This document shows, in pieces, positions 25,302-40,585 of a stretch of 64,000 bases of DNA (positions are counted from its first letter, which is position 1; the number at the start of each line of letters is the position of its first letter). A program made the translations under genes and the position numbers. Location of the stretch: NCBI RefSeq assembly GCF_009914755.1, contig NC_060938.1, one strand, 5' to 3'. Source of the DNA: the human T2T-CHM13v2.0 reference genome, Homo sapiens. The notes below the pieces were generated by a model, which worked only from the letters and a program-made list of their open reading frames with translations, searched no databases and had not been told where the DNA came from.

Positions 25302-27379
25302 GTGATACATATTTTTAAGGTTCTTCTGTTAAGGTAGACTTCACAGGATTTTATTATCCCACGACCATATCCCTGATTACAGGCATTTCAGTATGACATT
25401 TAATTTAAGAATCTTTCAGAAATATTAACATATTTGAACACAAATACCTTCCTTATTAGGAGGATTTGTGAATTATTTTTTGCATCAAAATCTGATTTTT
25501 GTAATTGTTAAATACACTGAATACAGTCTGAGTGAATATTTGAGCAGCTGGGAAAAACTACCAGGGTAGGTCAGAGTGTTTAGGGTTTAATGTGTGACAA
25601 GAAAAAGTACCTTTAGATAATTATTGAAATTGAACAGATATAGTTTCTGAAATAGAAACATATGGACACTAGACTCAGGACAGAGTGGCAATAAATACAC
25701 AAATAAAAAGAAAAGATGAAGTTAAAAATGAATTGTTCTAATTCACAGTCTTGCCTGAGCACAGGAGTACACTAATTTCTTGCAAGATCTAGCTATCTTT
25801 TCTTTTTGTAAAAATCACTTATCACAATATGTCTATTTTTGGAACTTTTCGATTTTGATCAGGTCTCTGGATTTAGAATACTTTTAAATTGTCAAAATGA
25901 TTTGACCATTCTATTTTTAAAAAAGCATATCATAAATTCCAAGGTTATGTTTGTGATTATGTAATAATTAAGGATTTAAATTTTACAATGAGAAGAACAT
26001 ATATAAATCACAGACTAAATGAAAACAGACTAAATGGTATTATTGTATCAATTATATCTTGAGTGAATTATTCATATTATCTTGTAATGAGTAAAGGATA
26101 ACATATTGTTTTCTTTTACTGATGACAATGTTAGATAATTTCTTTTGTAGCACTGTTTCATGTGTATTATAGAATGCTAGGAAAAATAAATTTTTTTATT
26201 TAATTCTCCATTTCTTAGGAAAGGAAATGGAAAGAATTTGTATCTTTTTGCTTTGAAAAGCCAATATACATAAGCATTTAAAATTTTTTAACTTTTTAAA
26301 TATGTGTATAATGTTTCACTCACCCATAAATGTAACATTGAACATAAGTAGCCTTTAATTTTATCATTTTTAGGTAAATTTGTCAATTATGATTTACTAA
26401 ATTTCACTAATGCTAAAATATTAAAACTGAAGATGTTAGACACCTTTTATTACGCTATATGCTCACATGATTTTAATACTAACACATCTAAAATTTATTT
26501 ACGCAAATTTCTATTGATTAAAGAGAAAGTATAGGAGAGATGTTATTGATACTTATTTCACAGTCTATTTAATACTTTAGTGCATATGTCCAAAAGATGA
26601 AAAGTAGCATAAACAGCATTTTTCCTTTCATGTATTTTACCATAAAATTCTGTATCTGACACGTTTCCGGAGAACCTATGAATTATTTTAATTCTTCCCC
26701 AAATCTGAAATTATTTTATGCAATTATTTCATGAAATTATTATATGTGAGAATTTCTTTCTATATATCCTTATCACAGATTTGAGATTTTTCAATTTCAG
26801 TTAGCGAGACAATGAGGAAAATATTTCCTCATTATCTGTTTTGTAAAGAAAGAGATTGGAACTAGCTAGAGAAAAAGATTCAAAATGGTAATCTAACTGT
26901 ACTTAAAATTTTTGCAGTGAAGCCCTGGAAATGTAAAGGAACTTGGCAAAAATTAATGTTGAATTTTGGGATGGAATTTTCTATCGTTTTTATTTGGGTA
27001 TCTGTGATACATGTGGACAAGAGGGTCGCTACGTGGTGTAGTAATATTCTAAGGTGTTCTGACAAAAGTTATTATTACAAATGTTATTGCTATAGAAAAG
27101 TAATTTATTAAAACATTTGCATTTGCAAGTGAGATATTTTTCTGTTTATAAGTAACAAAATTAAATCATATTTCCACAATAACAACTATTTTTTTTTATT
27201 CTGTGGACCATACAAGTAAATACAGCATGTGAAACCCTCCAATATTGTTCAGTGAACAAGCTATATACATCTGTGGTGGCTCCAAATATAGAATATTTAT
27301 ATGAAAGTATAAACCAAATGGATACATTAGTAAGGAAGCAAAATCTATTTACAAATTTATATTTTAAAAATACATTTAC

Positions 27380-27755
27380 GTATTATGAAGAAACATCAGA
27401 CAAACAAAATGAGGGACATTCTACAAAAGACCTAACCGGTACTCTTCAAAAACGACAAAGTCATTGTGAGCAATGAAAGACTAAGAAATGTCAGATCACA
27501 GAAGATCTATATGGTATGATTAAATGCAACATGATAGCATGGATTGTATTATAAAACAGAAACAGGATTATTTGGAACATTTGGTGCAATCAAATCAAAT
27601 CTATAGTATAGTTATGGTATCAAAGTTAAGTTTTTTGTTCTGATAAATATATCATGGTTATGTAAGATTTTCAAGATGAAGGGAAACTAATTGAAGGGCA
27701 TAATTCTCAGTATTATCTATGCAACTCTTCTAAAAATCTGAAATTATTTAAAACA
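27380..27755 (+). mobile_element. L1MC/L1MD-type 3' end
   Basis: aaacatcagacaaac..gagggacattctacaaaa...taaatgcaac...tgcaactcttc...ctgaaattatt. Confidence 0.7.
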
Positions 27756-29813
27756 CTATAGACAATGCTTTTGAAATGATTGCTTGTATTTAAATTTACT
27801 ATCTAATACTTTGTTTACAGCATGTGGAGTAGGCTCCAAAGCCCTATTTTGAGACATGCCTAATCTGGGAAAACCACATTTATCTATCGTAACAAGCTGT
27901 TCAGCGCCATGTGATGGCTGCAGGAAAGAGTGATCTTATGATAATCTACTATTTACTGACAAACCAAAATATGTCCTTGAGAAAATGGTCATTATTTTAT
28001 TTATTTACTTCACAGATGAAGTCAAAGATACTTGAAGCAGAAGCTGTATCTGAGGAAGCTGTATATAAACCCAATTTAAAGCAAGTAAGTAGGTCAATAT
28101 GATTCCAGAAAACAGGCATTGCCATTAGAAGACAATTATTTAGTATTCACAACCTTTTTCTTGTGACATTTAAAATTAGAAACAGATTGGAGCGGTATGT
28201 CTGCATGTATCATCCAACTAACAAAACAACAAATGCCTTAGGTAAGATGGCTCATTTCAGAAAGATATTTTTAAATGAGATTGAGTAGGACTGGGGCAAA
28301 ATATCTTATAGGTAAGAAAAAAAGAGTACGGATTCAATGGCTAAAAGAAAGAACAAACAAACAAAAACAAAATAGAAACAGAAAAAAAACCTGCCAGAAA
28401 AGAGAAAACAATCCTAGGAATAGAGTATTCATTAGAATATAAGAGACTAGTAAAATTAAATTGTAGAGATTAGGTAGAAACTTAAATACGGAAAATTATA
28501 GTGCTGAATTAAAAATGAACTTTTATGAATCCTGAGTGCCCAGTCATTCCCACAACTCTACATGTCAGTGGAACTTGGATATAACAGAGAACTGGACATT
28601 GTGACTGCCACATGATTATACTTAAAGGCATGGTTAAATAATCTTAATGAAAAATACCCTGAATAGAGATGTACTCAGAATGTTGAAAAGAAAAAAAAGA
28701 CTAGGGAAAACAATTAATAATCTGGCTTTTAATTATCTGTATGTGTGTGTGGAACTAAGATAGAATAAAACCCTAAATGTCCCACTGACTAAATTGAGAG
28801 TAGTGTCCCAGAAGTAGCCTTTCCTATATCCCACTCTCTGGATAGCAAATCGGTGAAGGAGGATTTTATTTCCAATGTAAGCAGTAACTAGCATCAAGTG
28901 AATAAAGCTAGCCTAAATTTTTACCCTACATTCAAAGCAGATTTTTTTCCAAAGGAAACAACAATAAATATGGACTGAAATGCAAATTTAAGAAATTATT
29001 TGTCTTTAATTTTATATGTTAATGTACTTGACACATTTTGAACATGAGAAATAACTTATACTAATCATTTTTATTTAAATGACTACTTGCTTGATTGTTC
29101 TTTATAAATGTGTAAGAAACTGTATAATGCACTTGATAAAAAAATACGAACAAGTACAGTACAAATCAGAACAAATGAGCTCCCTAAGGCCAAAAGACTC
29201 TTTAAACACAAAAATATTCAGCATGGAAATATTGCTTCTGGCAGACATGATGGAGCAAAAGTATGTTTTCAATTAGATTTAATAATCTGGTTACTATATT
29301 TTGTATATGATACAGAGAGCATTTTTCCATTGTATGTATTAATATGGATATATTAAATAAAAGCTTCTAATCTTATTCTTTATTTTAAAAATATTTTGCT
29401 TTTGGTACTAGGAACTATCATATTAAACTACTTTTTCTCCTAGAGTTTTTCTCAGTAATGTAGCTTTGGCTACATTAATTGAAAAGTACTTGGTATATTT
29501 TATAGCAATCTTGCTTTATTGGATAATTTCCACTATTCTTTCTCTACAGTTGCATCTTAAGACTGTTTATATTAAAATTATAATACATGAAACCTGATGG
29601 CAATAACTTTTCCTACACATATGTGAAACAGCTGAAGAGACTATAAAACTTACAGTTTTTAAATTGTGTTTCAGCAGTGAATAGAAGTTTAGAGTGGGAG
29701 ATAGACAACTACCTATTTTGATGAGTGTAGGATGGGGGCAAGTACAACAAATATGGCCCATGGAACAAATATGGTCTCTGGTGAATACCAAGATGGATAA
29801 AAAAGGAGCCTTT

Positions 29814-30030
<217 letters not shown>

Positions 30031-30055
30031 AGAATGAGCCTTGAGACGGTCCCCA

Positions 30056-30360
<305 letters not shown>

Positions 30361-31863
30361 GACTCTCCAGTATCTCCTAGAAAGCTGATAGTTAAACGTC
30401 AATTACCTTTGGGAAAATTTTGGCTTGTTTTTATGGGACCTAATTTCATCCCCACTTCTCTTCTAGGAAAAGTGTTGCACCCATGTAAACTATAGGAAGC
30501 AAAATAAAACGTAACGAGAAAAATAATTTCACCCATCCCTTTCTTCCACGCTGCTCATTTCCTTCCACAGTTTCTTTATTATATCATAAGCCAATTTTAA
30601 GAAATATGCTATATGGCATAACATTACAAATGTTACTGCAGCTTTTCATGTGTGCTACAAATGGATGAGAAGAGAGACCCCACCCACGCACAGTGTATGT
30701 TTTGATTAGTGCAAGAACACAGACACTTACAGAAGAGTGGAGCAGATGGAGTCTGTCTTTGCAAAGCTTTCTCTGACTCTGGAATCCATAATGGTCACCC
30801 GGATGCAAATTGACCTGTCGTTCTAGGGTAGGGTTATGCAAGTTCAGGAGAAGTTTGGTGGTTGCAGGCTCACAACTCTTTTACATTCAAGGTTTAACCT
30901 GCTGATTGGGAAGAATTTTTATGAAAAGCTGTGTGCTTCCTGATAAGAAAAAAGGCTTTCCTGTTTCGATCAAACCAGAACCAGTAAGTACATATTGTTA
31001 CTTAGGGAAGAAAAGGGCATTCTCAAGATCAGGGATCCCTTGATATCTCTTCCACCAGGTTTTAATCAATCTCAAAGTGCCATTTACTTTTAGTTTTTTA
31101 TGGAACCCGTTGTATAGATTTATTTGCAGCTAAATATATAAATCCAACTTCTCTAGTGATTTTCCTTGTGCAAGTTTGGTGAATGGTATCATTTGATATG
31201 CAAAATCTGTTCTATCTAGGGGCAAGTTCCCCAAGGCTCTTTGTTGCATAAAGACGTCACCTTGTTTCTGGATTGAACAGCCAAAGTCTGTGCTGGGGAT
31301 CTTGGCTTCAGGAGAACTAAAGCAGGGATTTCTCAAAGGGGTTTTATGTCCTTCTAATCATATAGTCACATCAGCCTATCTAACCAGTCATGCCAGATGA
31401 AAACCCTTAATAAACAACATGATCCTAAGGGTTGCCAGAGGAATTTCAAATTTCAAACAGCACATCATGAGTCCCACTGACCTTATCTTTACCAAAAGTC
31501 AAAGCTGGACATCCTAGCTTCCTCAGTGACAGAGACTGAGCTTTTTTGAGTCTGGCCATAAATCAGCTTTATCCTTTGCAAATGTATGTTAGTTTTTAAG
31601 TTAAAGTTATACCAAGTACATGTATAATTTTTTAGAAAATCTTAATGTTCTACCTTATACTATCAATTTGACAGGCTACAATTACTGTTATAAGAGATTA
31701 TAAACAATATTTACCATACATTCTTACCCTGAGAAAACCAATGTCATATATGTGTACAATATAGTAATATCTTACATATAAAAGTTTCTTTAGGTTTTGA
31801 AGTGTTTTCATCGGCTTTTATTTCCTGCTAAATTTTCTGAGTTCATAACATAAGGTTAATAAT

Positions 31864-32073
31864 TGCCATGATCTGAACGTTTGTGTTGCCCCAAAATTCA
31901 TATGTTGAAATCTTAACGCTCAAGGTGATGATATTAGAAGGTGGGGCCTTTGGGAGTTGATTAGGTCACAAGAGCAGAACCCTCAGGGATGGGATTAGTG
32001 CCCTTATAAAAGAGGCTCTAGGGAGACTCCTCACCCTTTCTATTAATACCATGTGAGGACACAGCTAGAAGAT
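31864..32073 (+). mobile_element. MLT1A0-like LTR, 5' half
   Basis: ctgaacgtttgtg..ccccaaaattcatatgttgaaatc...gggattagtgcccttataaaagagg. Confidence 0.8.
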
Positions 32074-34844
32074 AATTAGTCAAATTAGTTCTGTGTTAAT
32101 TGAAAAGTGCCAAATATACAATAATTGTATTTGTGATAGTTTATTTTAAACATAACATCAATCACTCACTCCCAATTTTTTTAGTGGAAAGATGTCGAGC
32201 TAGATTTAAGTGTCATCATGACTATTTAATTACATTTAAATTCTCAGTTTTCTCTGGCCGCATTATTTTTGTCTTTGTCTTTGAACAATTAAAACACTTA
32301 TCACAAAATGTCATTGGCAAACCCAAAACTAAATGAACTGAAGTAAATTAACTACACATGCATATCAAATACTTCTTTGATTCAAATATGAGGTTAACTC
32401 AATTGGTATGGTGGAATGTCAGAAGTAAAAGTGAAATTTTGGCTGCATTGCCCAAAACACCTGAATGCTGTTATTACTGATGAAATGTGACAAGAGACAA
32501 CTAGACTTACTCTTATTAAATTGAAAAGCTTTAGAGATGAGTTCCTTTAAAAGCAAACTGATTACACGAAAAACTTTCCAGTCTTTGGAATTGATTATTT
32601 GAAGTTTATCTGAAAAATATGAAGTTGGCATGGGTCACGTTCTACTTTTTGTTGTGACAGATGATTTTATGAAAAAACTCTTACTATTTGGTTTAAAATG
32701 TTTGAAATTTTTTTATTGTAAAAATATATTGTAACTCGTTGCAGTGATCATAAAATATAACAATGAAAAAATGAAATTTAAATTGAACTTCTTTATAAAA
32801 ATAAATTTACTAAATTCCATCAATCTGAGATATTACACATTAACATGCAGTGTATTTTATATCTTCCTAATAAGACACTTAAATGTTTTATAAATTCTAA
32901 AAAGTACACATTATACTCAATGACATATAATTACTCAATCTCCAAAGAAGGCTTTGGAATACATATTTTTAAAATGATGCTTAATGCTAACCAATTTATT
33001 TCCTTTTTATAACAAGTTGAAAGATTCAAATCTCAGAAGAGTTTTGGATCATTCAGAATGGTTTCATTCCATTTATACTTTATTCTTGCTATGTCAATTA
33101 AAATGTATTTCAACTTTATGTAATAACTCACATGAATGAGTCAGATGCTAAGTGAGGATTAGGGTATGCTGTGATAGTATTTTAACCTAACAGGAAACAG
33201 TATCTCTAAAGGAAATATATGAAAAAACAAGAGTAGGGGATTTAAACTCATTATTCTACCAATTTGTTTTTTGATATTCAATAAATCTATTAATCTGTTT
33301 TAAAAGATTTTATGTGGTAAAATTGTAATACAAGATACTAATTGATTTAATGTACATTGGTGTGTGAAAATTACAGTTATGTTATTCTTTTAAGAGGAGA
33401 TTTTAATTTGCTTTTTTGGAAACTGAAATTATTATCCCCAAAAAGGAAGACAGAGAATAATATTTTTTAAAAGTGCACTAAAGTAAGAAAGAAATGAGTA
33501 ACCCTTTTTAATACAAGTATCCTCATAAACATCTACTATCGTGACACACATGGAATGGGGTCTCAGAACTGTGGAGAGAACACTCAACACAATAAATAAA
33601 ATAGACTTGTACTCAATAAGTAGTAATAGCATCATTCACATTGCAACCAAAACATTATTGTAGTCTTCACAACAACCTTGTTTTTAAAAACCAAACTAAA
33701 TAATGCAGAACAGTTGATTTTTGAATCTGCATTTCAAATTTCAATGAACTTATATTTAGAGAAGTTTAGAGGCATTTCTCAATAAAATGAATGATGTTGT
33801 ATTAGTTCAGACACCTATTTCAGTTTAAGCTCATATGCGTACATGTGTATACATATATTAGTTTGGGTTAATATATATGAACTATATGAACTAAAACTAA
33901 AATATATATTTTTATATTTTATAAATATGAAATAGCGTAGGGAAGAGGATTGGGGCTAATAAGACATTTTTGTTACATATACATTCAATAAAATGGTTTA
34001 TTTTTAAAATGAATGTTTAAAGTTGAAAAATTAGAAGCTAAGTTTATCATTGCTATAAAACTCATCTTTCACACAAGTCTCCCACAATTTTCAAGACTGT
34101 GTATTTTCCTGAAAATTTTGCACATATAAACTATGAGAAAAATTGTTATAAATGCTACAGAGAAAACAAAACTACTTAATGTAAGAAAGAATGACAAGAA
34201 TAGTTTGCTATTTTAGGGAGGGTGTTCAGCAAAAACCTTTCTAATGTGAATTGTGTCAAGACCTGAGGGCAGTGATTGAGCAAGTTGTAACAAATATTTT
34301 AAAAATAATTCTAGGAACATGCTGGATATAGCAAGAAAAAGTAAGACAGCCATGTGGCTAGGCATAGTAAACAAGGAGTAAAGTAGTAAGAGTGAGAATT
34401 GGAGGCCCATGGGAACAATATATATCAAGGTAAGAAATTTGGCTAATATTCTCACTGTGATAAAAGTCTTTGTAAGACTTTTGAGCTGAAAAGAAAATAA
34501 TAGCAGCACAATTTTTAAAGGATTACTCCAATGATTGTGAAAAATAGGTTCTAGTAGAATGAAAGTGGAAACTTGAAGGGGAGTTTGGAGGCTCTGGCAG
34601 TGATCCAGTCCAGAGATGATGGTGGCCTAGTGATGATATGGTGGTACATCATCAGATTCAGGATACTTTTCATGAGTAATGCTAAAGGAAACTTCTGAAT
34701 GATATTTGAGGTGTAGAACGTGGTAGGAAGAATGAATTTAAGAATGATTACAAAATGTTTAGGTTGAGCAATTGGCATCTTTTATTGACTTGGTAAAGCC
34801 AGCAGAGCCACTGTTTGATGTGGGGCTTAAAATGAAAGATGCTG

Positions 34845-35290
34845 ATTATTTGTCTTTTGTGCCTGGCTTATTTAACTTAACATAATGTCCTCCAGGTTCA
34901 TCCATGTTGTCTCAGCTGACAGTAGTTTATTCTTTATTCTTTATTTATTTATTAACTTTTAAAACCCAAACCAGAAATGGTCAATGAGGATTTCCTTCTT
35001 TTTATGGCTAGTTTGTTTTGTGAACATATATCACATTTTAAAAATTTATTCATCCTTTGATGAATGCTTAGATTTATTCCATATCTTGGCTATTGTGCAC
35101 TGCTGAAATAAACATGGGCATGCAGATATCTCTGACATAGTAATTTTATGGAAACTATGTTAGGTAATGCATGTTGTAATTAGCTAGATTTAACCATCCC
35201 ATAATGTTTGCATACTTTTAAATGTGATTTTGTACCTGATAAGTACATACAATTTTATCTGTCAATTTTAAATAACTAGCTAACTAACTA
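34845..35290. mobile_element. Short L1MA-type element with inverted 5' part (antisense 34845-35147; sense 3' end 35150-35290)
   Basis: Antisense tgcctggcttatttaacttaacataatgtcctccaggttcatcc followed by sense aattagctagatttaaccat...caattttatctgtcaatttt. Confidence 0.75.
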
Positions 35291-35410
35291 AATTTGAAAA
35301 TATTGAATGTTTATTAGACATACAAATAAAGATGCTTTGTAGCCAATCAGTTGGATATACATACTTTTTGAGTTAAAGAGATATAAATTTGGATTCCTCA
35401 ATATAGATGG

Positions 35411-36026
35411 TGTATTGGTCAGGGTTTTCCAGAGGGACAGAACTAATAGGATATATGTATAAATTAAAGGGAATTGATTAGGGAGAATTGACTCACATGA
35501 TCACACAAGTCCCACAATAGGCCATCTGCAAGCTGAGGAGCAAGGAAGCCAGTAGTGACTCAGTCTGAGTCCCAAAACGTTAAAGATAGGGAAGCCGGCA
35601 GTGCAGCCTCAGTCTGTGGCTGAAGGCCTGAAAGCCCCTGGCAAACCACTGGTGTAAGTCCAAGAGTCCAAAAGAGAGACTTGGAGATGTTTGAGGGCAG
35701 GAAGCATCCAGCACAGGAGAAAGATGAAAGCCAAAGACTCAGCAAGCCAGATTCTTCCACTTTCTTCCATCTGCTTTTTCTATCCACGCTGGCAGATGAT
35801 GGAATGGTTCCCACCCACGTTGAGGGTGGGTTTCTTCCATCTGCTTTTTCTATCCACGCTGGCAGATGATGGAATGGTTCCCACCCACGTTGAGGGTGGG
35901 TCTGCCTCTCACAGTCCACTGACTCAAATGTTAGTCTCTTCTGGCAACACCCTCACAGACACACCCAGAAACAATACTTTGCATCCTTCAATCCAATCAA
36001 GTTGACACTTAATATTAACCATCACA
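35411..36026 (-). mobile_element. MLT2A2-like HERV-L solo LTR with a perfect internal 70-bp tandem duplication
   Basis: tgtattggtcagggttttccagagggacagaactaatagg...caagttgacacttaatattaaccatcaca. Confidence 0.9.
35761..35900. repeat. 70-bp x2 perfect tandem duplication
   Basis: 35761-35830 is identical to 35831-35900. Confidence 0.97.
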
Positions 36027-36579
36027 GGTAGTATTGAAGCCCTTTGTATAGATTAGAGAAAGGAAAGTATAGGCAAACAGAGGAGGCCATAACATTGAAC
36101 CCTCAGATACTTCAATAATTCAAGATGAAGAAAATAAAATAAATCAACCCAAAGACAATGAAAAGCAGGAAACCAGTGAGGTATCAAGAAAGTCAGGGTA
36201 ATGTGTTGAATCTGAAGCCAAGTGAATAAAAGGTTTCAAAAAACAGGGTAATACACCATGTCAAATGATGGTACTACTGGAACGAGATTACAGCTTAGTA
36301 AACCATTGGTTTAGTGTTTTACTTTTGCTATCAGAGTTGCTGAAATAATTACATAAAATGTAAAAAAAAATTAGAAAAACGTTTAAATCTACTTTTTAAA
36401 ATGTGAGGGTGCAAGGTATGTATGGGGTCATCATGTAAAATTCCATGTGTGAGATAGTTACTGAAATGGTCCTTGAGAGAAAATATGATACTTAGCACAT
36501 AGAGTTACTGTGGAGGCATGAGTGAATGAAACAGGAATAATGAACAGCTTCTGTGAAGTAAAATATAGGAGATGGTGGT

Positions 36580-37056
36580 TGTGGTAGATTGGCTACAAAG
36601 ACAGTAACCAGTAATTCCTTCGTCTCTGAATCCACTTGCTATCCTCCCATCAAGAGATGGAGTCTCTTACCCCTCTCCAAACTTGCTTTGTTAGCCTTAT
36701 GTCTTAAGTAATGGAATGGAGTAATTCCCTTAAAATTGTGAGTCACCATGTAAAAAAAAGTCTGACTCTCCTTGCTACAGAGAGAAGACACATGGACATA
36801 TCTTGAAGGATATAAGTTTGCAAAGAGCTAGAGGGCCAGCAAGTCTGTAATTTTTAGTCACCCCATAACAATAACCACACACATGGGTAAAGCCATCTTA
36901 TATCCCCATTAAGCTGCCCTGGCTAACACCACAAGAAGAACCAAACCAACTCTGACGAGACCTGCTCTGTTCCTCATACACAGAATCATGATTAGTAAAA
37001 TGGTTTAAACTACTAACTTCTGAGTGCTTTGTTAAGTAAAAGGAGATAACTGATCT
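36580..37056 (+). mobile_element. Old MLT1 (MLT1H-like) LTR
   Basis: tgtggtagattggct...cctcccatcaagagatggagtct...agataactgat. Confidence 0.65.
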
Positions 37057-40000
37057 AGTGGTTGATTCTGAATCATATTAAAAGAGAAACTGAATAATAA
37101 GAAGCTTTGAAGATATTTTTCATAAAAAATGAAAGAGTATAGGGAATTACCCTATACTCTATATATCTTTAAACATATCCTGAAAATTTGGGAAGATAGA
37201 AAGGAGGAAAAATTACAATAAAATGTAAATAAAGGTGGGGATGCCCAATTATTTGAAATTAGTTGTAAGGTGTAATAATGCCTAATTAGTACAATCTCTA
37301 CATAGCTTGAGAAAAGAAAACAATTGAAATTTTCAGTACCTGTAAGGTGTTTTATGTTTCTCAGATAAACTCATTGTATTATGATCAAATACAGAATTGC
37401 TCTCTTTATGTTAATAGAAAAGCTATTGGAGATGATTACCTATATAAGTAACATAAAAATAAGACATAAAAATTTTAGAATATAAAAAGCAGAGTTTTTT
37501 TTAATAACTAAGGCATATTTTATTGAACTGACTTTGTCAAATGTCACTCTGGAAGTTAATTTCTGAGATTTCTCTCATCTTTACTTTCCTTCATACAAGA
37601 TGGCTCTTCTCCAAAACAATATTGTTTTCCTACACAGCATGTTGGACTGATATCCAGCCCTTGCTTCCTGAAAGTATGGTATATGCTACGATTGTACTAC
37701 TCTTAATTCTGAATTTTTCATGCTATTAATTCATACATCTTATGAAACAGCAAGATTAAACATAATCACGACTTAGACTTTTGTTATTTTTGTATAGAAT
37801 CTCAGTATGTTATTTCAAAAAAGCTTTAAAAAAATAATGTGGAAACTTACATTGAAGTGATCATCTAACCATGGGGAAGAAATCAATGAGAAATGATAAA
37901 AACATCATGTTTTATCTTTCCCCCAGACTCAATGTTTCCAACATGTTGTGACAATTGGATTTTTATTTTGAACAAATAACTCAAAGTCTTCATACAGCAA
38001 ACAACTCAACTGAAAAAGAATGAAAGTTAACTTTAGTACAATTTTTTAAAATCAATCGGATCCTTCTGGGAATGAAGGAACAACTGACTCACTTCTATGA
38101 GAGGTGAATTAAACTAGGCCACCACTTAATAAATTGCCATTTTCACTAAGGAAATGTCAACAAAATGATGTCAGGATTTGCGGATACGTGGTATCTGCAA
38201 GGAGAACAAAATTAGTAGGTTTTATTTTTATCATCTGTAAATGCGCTGAGAGCTAGGGAAATGTGGGACATTTCAGAGTACAGGAAAGAGCTGAGGTGCT
38301 CTGTCCCCTTTATCACATCTTTTATTTTCCATAACAAGGATATTTCACGTAGAATATAATCAGTGAATATACTTTATATCTGAACTTTTCTGTTGGCCAG
38401 TAAGTACTTATTTTTCAGATGGCTGCACCTTTCTAGAGTCCAGGCCAAAGGCAAACAGCTTCCAATAATCCACAGATCTTTTCCGTAATGGACAACTTTG
38501 CTCTCATCGTGACAGAGGATATCTTGAAATGAAAACTTGGAGTTGTAGTACCAATGACGATGATATATGTGTCTAAGTGGTCAGTGAAAATGTGTCTCTC
38601 AATTATCAACATTTGGCATCAAATGCTATGAAAGAATGTTGTGGGGTGGGTTGCTTAGAGTTGACAACAGGACCTGTAACTCACATCCTAGCAATCATTT
38701 GACTCCTAAGTATATTCTCTAAAATGAAACAACCTGCCAAACATGCATTTTAGATGACAAATTTATGATGTTAAAATTATTTGCTCATCAAATGAGCTCA
38801 GTTTTGTAATCTATAACAATATCAATTTGGACATTTGCCTTTTGTGAATAGCTCATTTACTGCTCTAAAAGGAGAGAGAAAGAGAGAGAAAGAAAGAGAA
38901 TAAATCATGTAATTGTGTAGCACCTGCTATGTTGTAGGGACTATGATAAATTTATAATCAGTTAGTCATTTTTCGTAATCCCAAGAAGGAATTTTTGGGT
39001 AGCAGTAATTCCCCTATTCCCTTTCAGATGTGAAAGCTGATGATAATGAATGACAGATTATCTAAATTTAAAAAATCCATGTCATCTTCAATACTACACT
39101 GCCTATTTACTTTCTCACAATATGCTCTCAGCCTTCCAGCACTGTTTGGTTTTCCAAAAAAAGGTCATAATGACCTTGAAGTTTAGAACATGTCTCACTG
39201 CATTATTGTTTAGGGCAGTCCTGACCCTGATTTCTTACACTAAGCTTTCTCTATTGATTTCTACAGAAGTCATTATGTCCTGAGAGCATATTTTGATGTT
39301 TAACTTCCACCCCTATGTAATATTATCTATTGACTAGCCTTCAGTCCCTTTTCTCTGAGACTCTGCTATTTCCTTTTTCTCTGTCATATTCAGGTCTACT
39401 TTTACAATTGATTCTTCAAACTGATATCACATATTATCTCAACAGAGTCATTGACATACTACAAGTAATTTCCTTGAGATTTTCATCTGACTTGTACCAT
39501 CCTGATAATTGTTACCCTGAGATACTGAAATTAAAGTGATGTTTGAAAAGTATCCTCTATTTAAGCTACTATTATTCTTCATTGACTTTCAATGATTCCA
39601 AAAGTCTAGAGCTTTCATGTCCAGTGTATGAGCCCCTAGCTATCAAGTCCAGAGCTATTAAGGCCACTGAATAATAGTACAATAGAGAACAACATAATTC
39701 GATCAATATTTTACAAAGAAAATTAAGAATGTAGCCTAGAAAATGTTAAGAAGGAGAAAGAAATGGAATCAGAACTGTCAAAATAAAACTACAGTAGTCT
39801 GGTTAAGATATAAATCACACATGTGCCCTACACACACATATTTAAAGACATCCATTTTTGTTATCAACCTGAATAAAGATGCCCACCTGAGAAAAAAGCA
39901 CTGTTACCAAGGCATCTGATTCAGATTTTAGCCAATATAGAGTTATGATGAATGGGGTATTGGGGATACTAGGTAGAGAGAGAGTTTAAAGGGCAATGAA

Positions 40001-40585
40001 ATTTGTTGCCAACACAGGAACCTCCTTCTTCAGGGTGTTCTACATTCAGTTTCATTACATTTTCTTCATCTTTTTTTCTATTGTGTTGTAGCCTGAGAAA
40101 TCTGGATACTCATATTATCCTTGTATTCCTCACCTTGAAATGTTTTATCCAAGTTTCATTGGTCTGCATGTGTTATGCTGAGTGAGACATTGTATCAGCA
40201 TAAAATATTGGGCTATATTTGTTGTTGCCTTTATTATTGCCATCAATAACCTTGTTCAAGGAAGATTTAGAAAAGACTTAGAATCCTTTCTGTGTAATTT
40301 AAGATGCTGTATTGGGTTCATCCTGTAATACAGACTCAATAATTGTTTGTTGAAGTGTTGAGTAAACAAATTTTGCTTAAGAAGAAAAGAACAGATTAAT
40401 ATGTTTCATTTGTTTAATGCATATAATTGCAGTGCAAAAATCAAACTATTTAGGCAGATATTTTATTTGCTAATAATCACTCTTTTTAGCTTATTTATAA
40501 TTATAATTTGTTAATTGTAATTATATTATTATTTTTTGTATTCACATATTAAGTCCAGCATATTGGTTCATTCACCCATTTATTT

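Larger units (their letters stand above)
34130..36310 (-). mobile_element. L2a LINE fragment, interrupted by an L1MA and an MLT2A LTR
   Basis: tccagtccagagatgatggtggcctag; tcagattcaggatac; gaagccaagtgaa. Confidence 0.7.
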
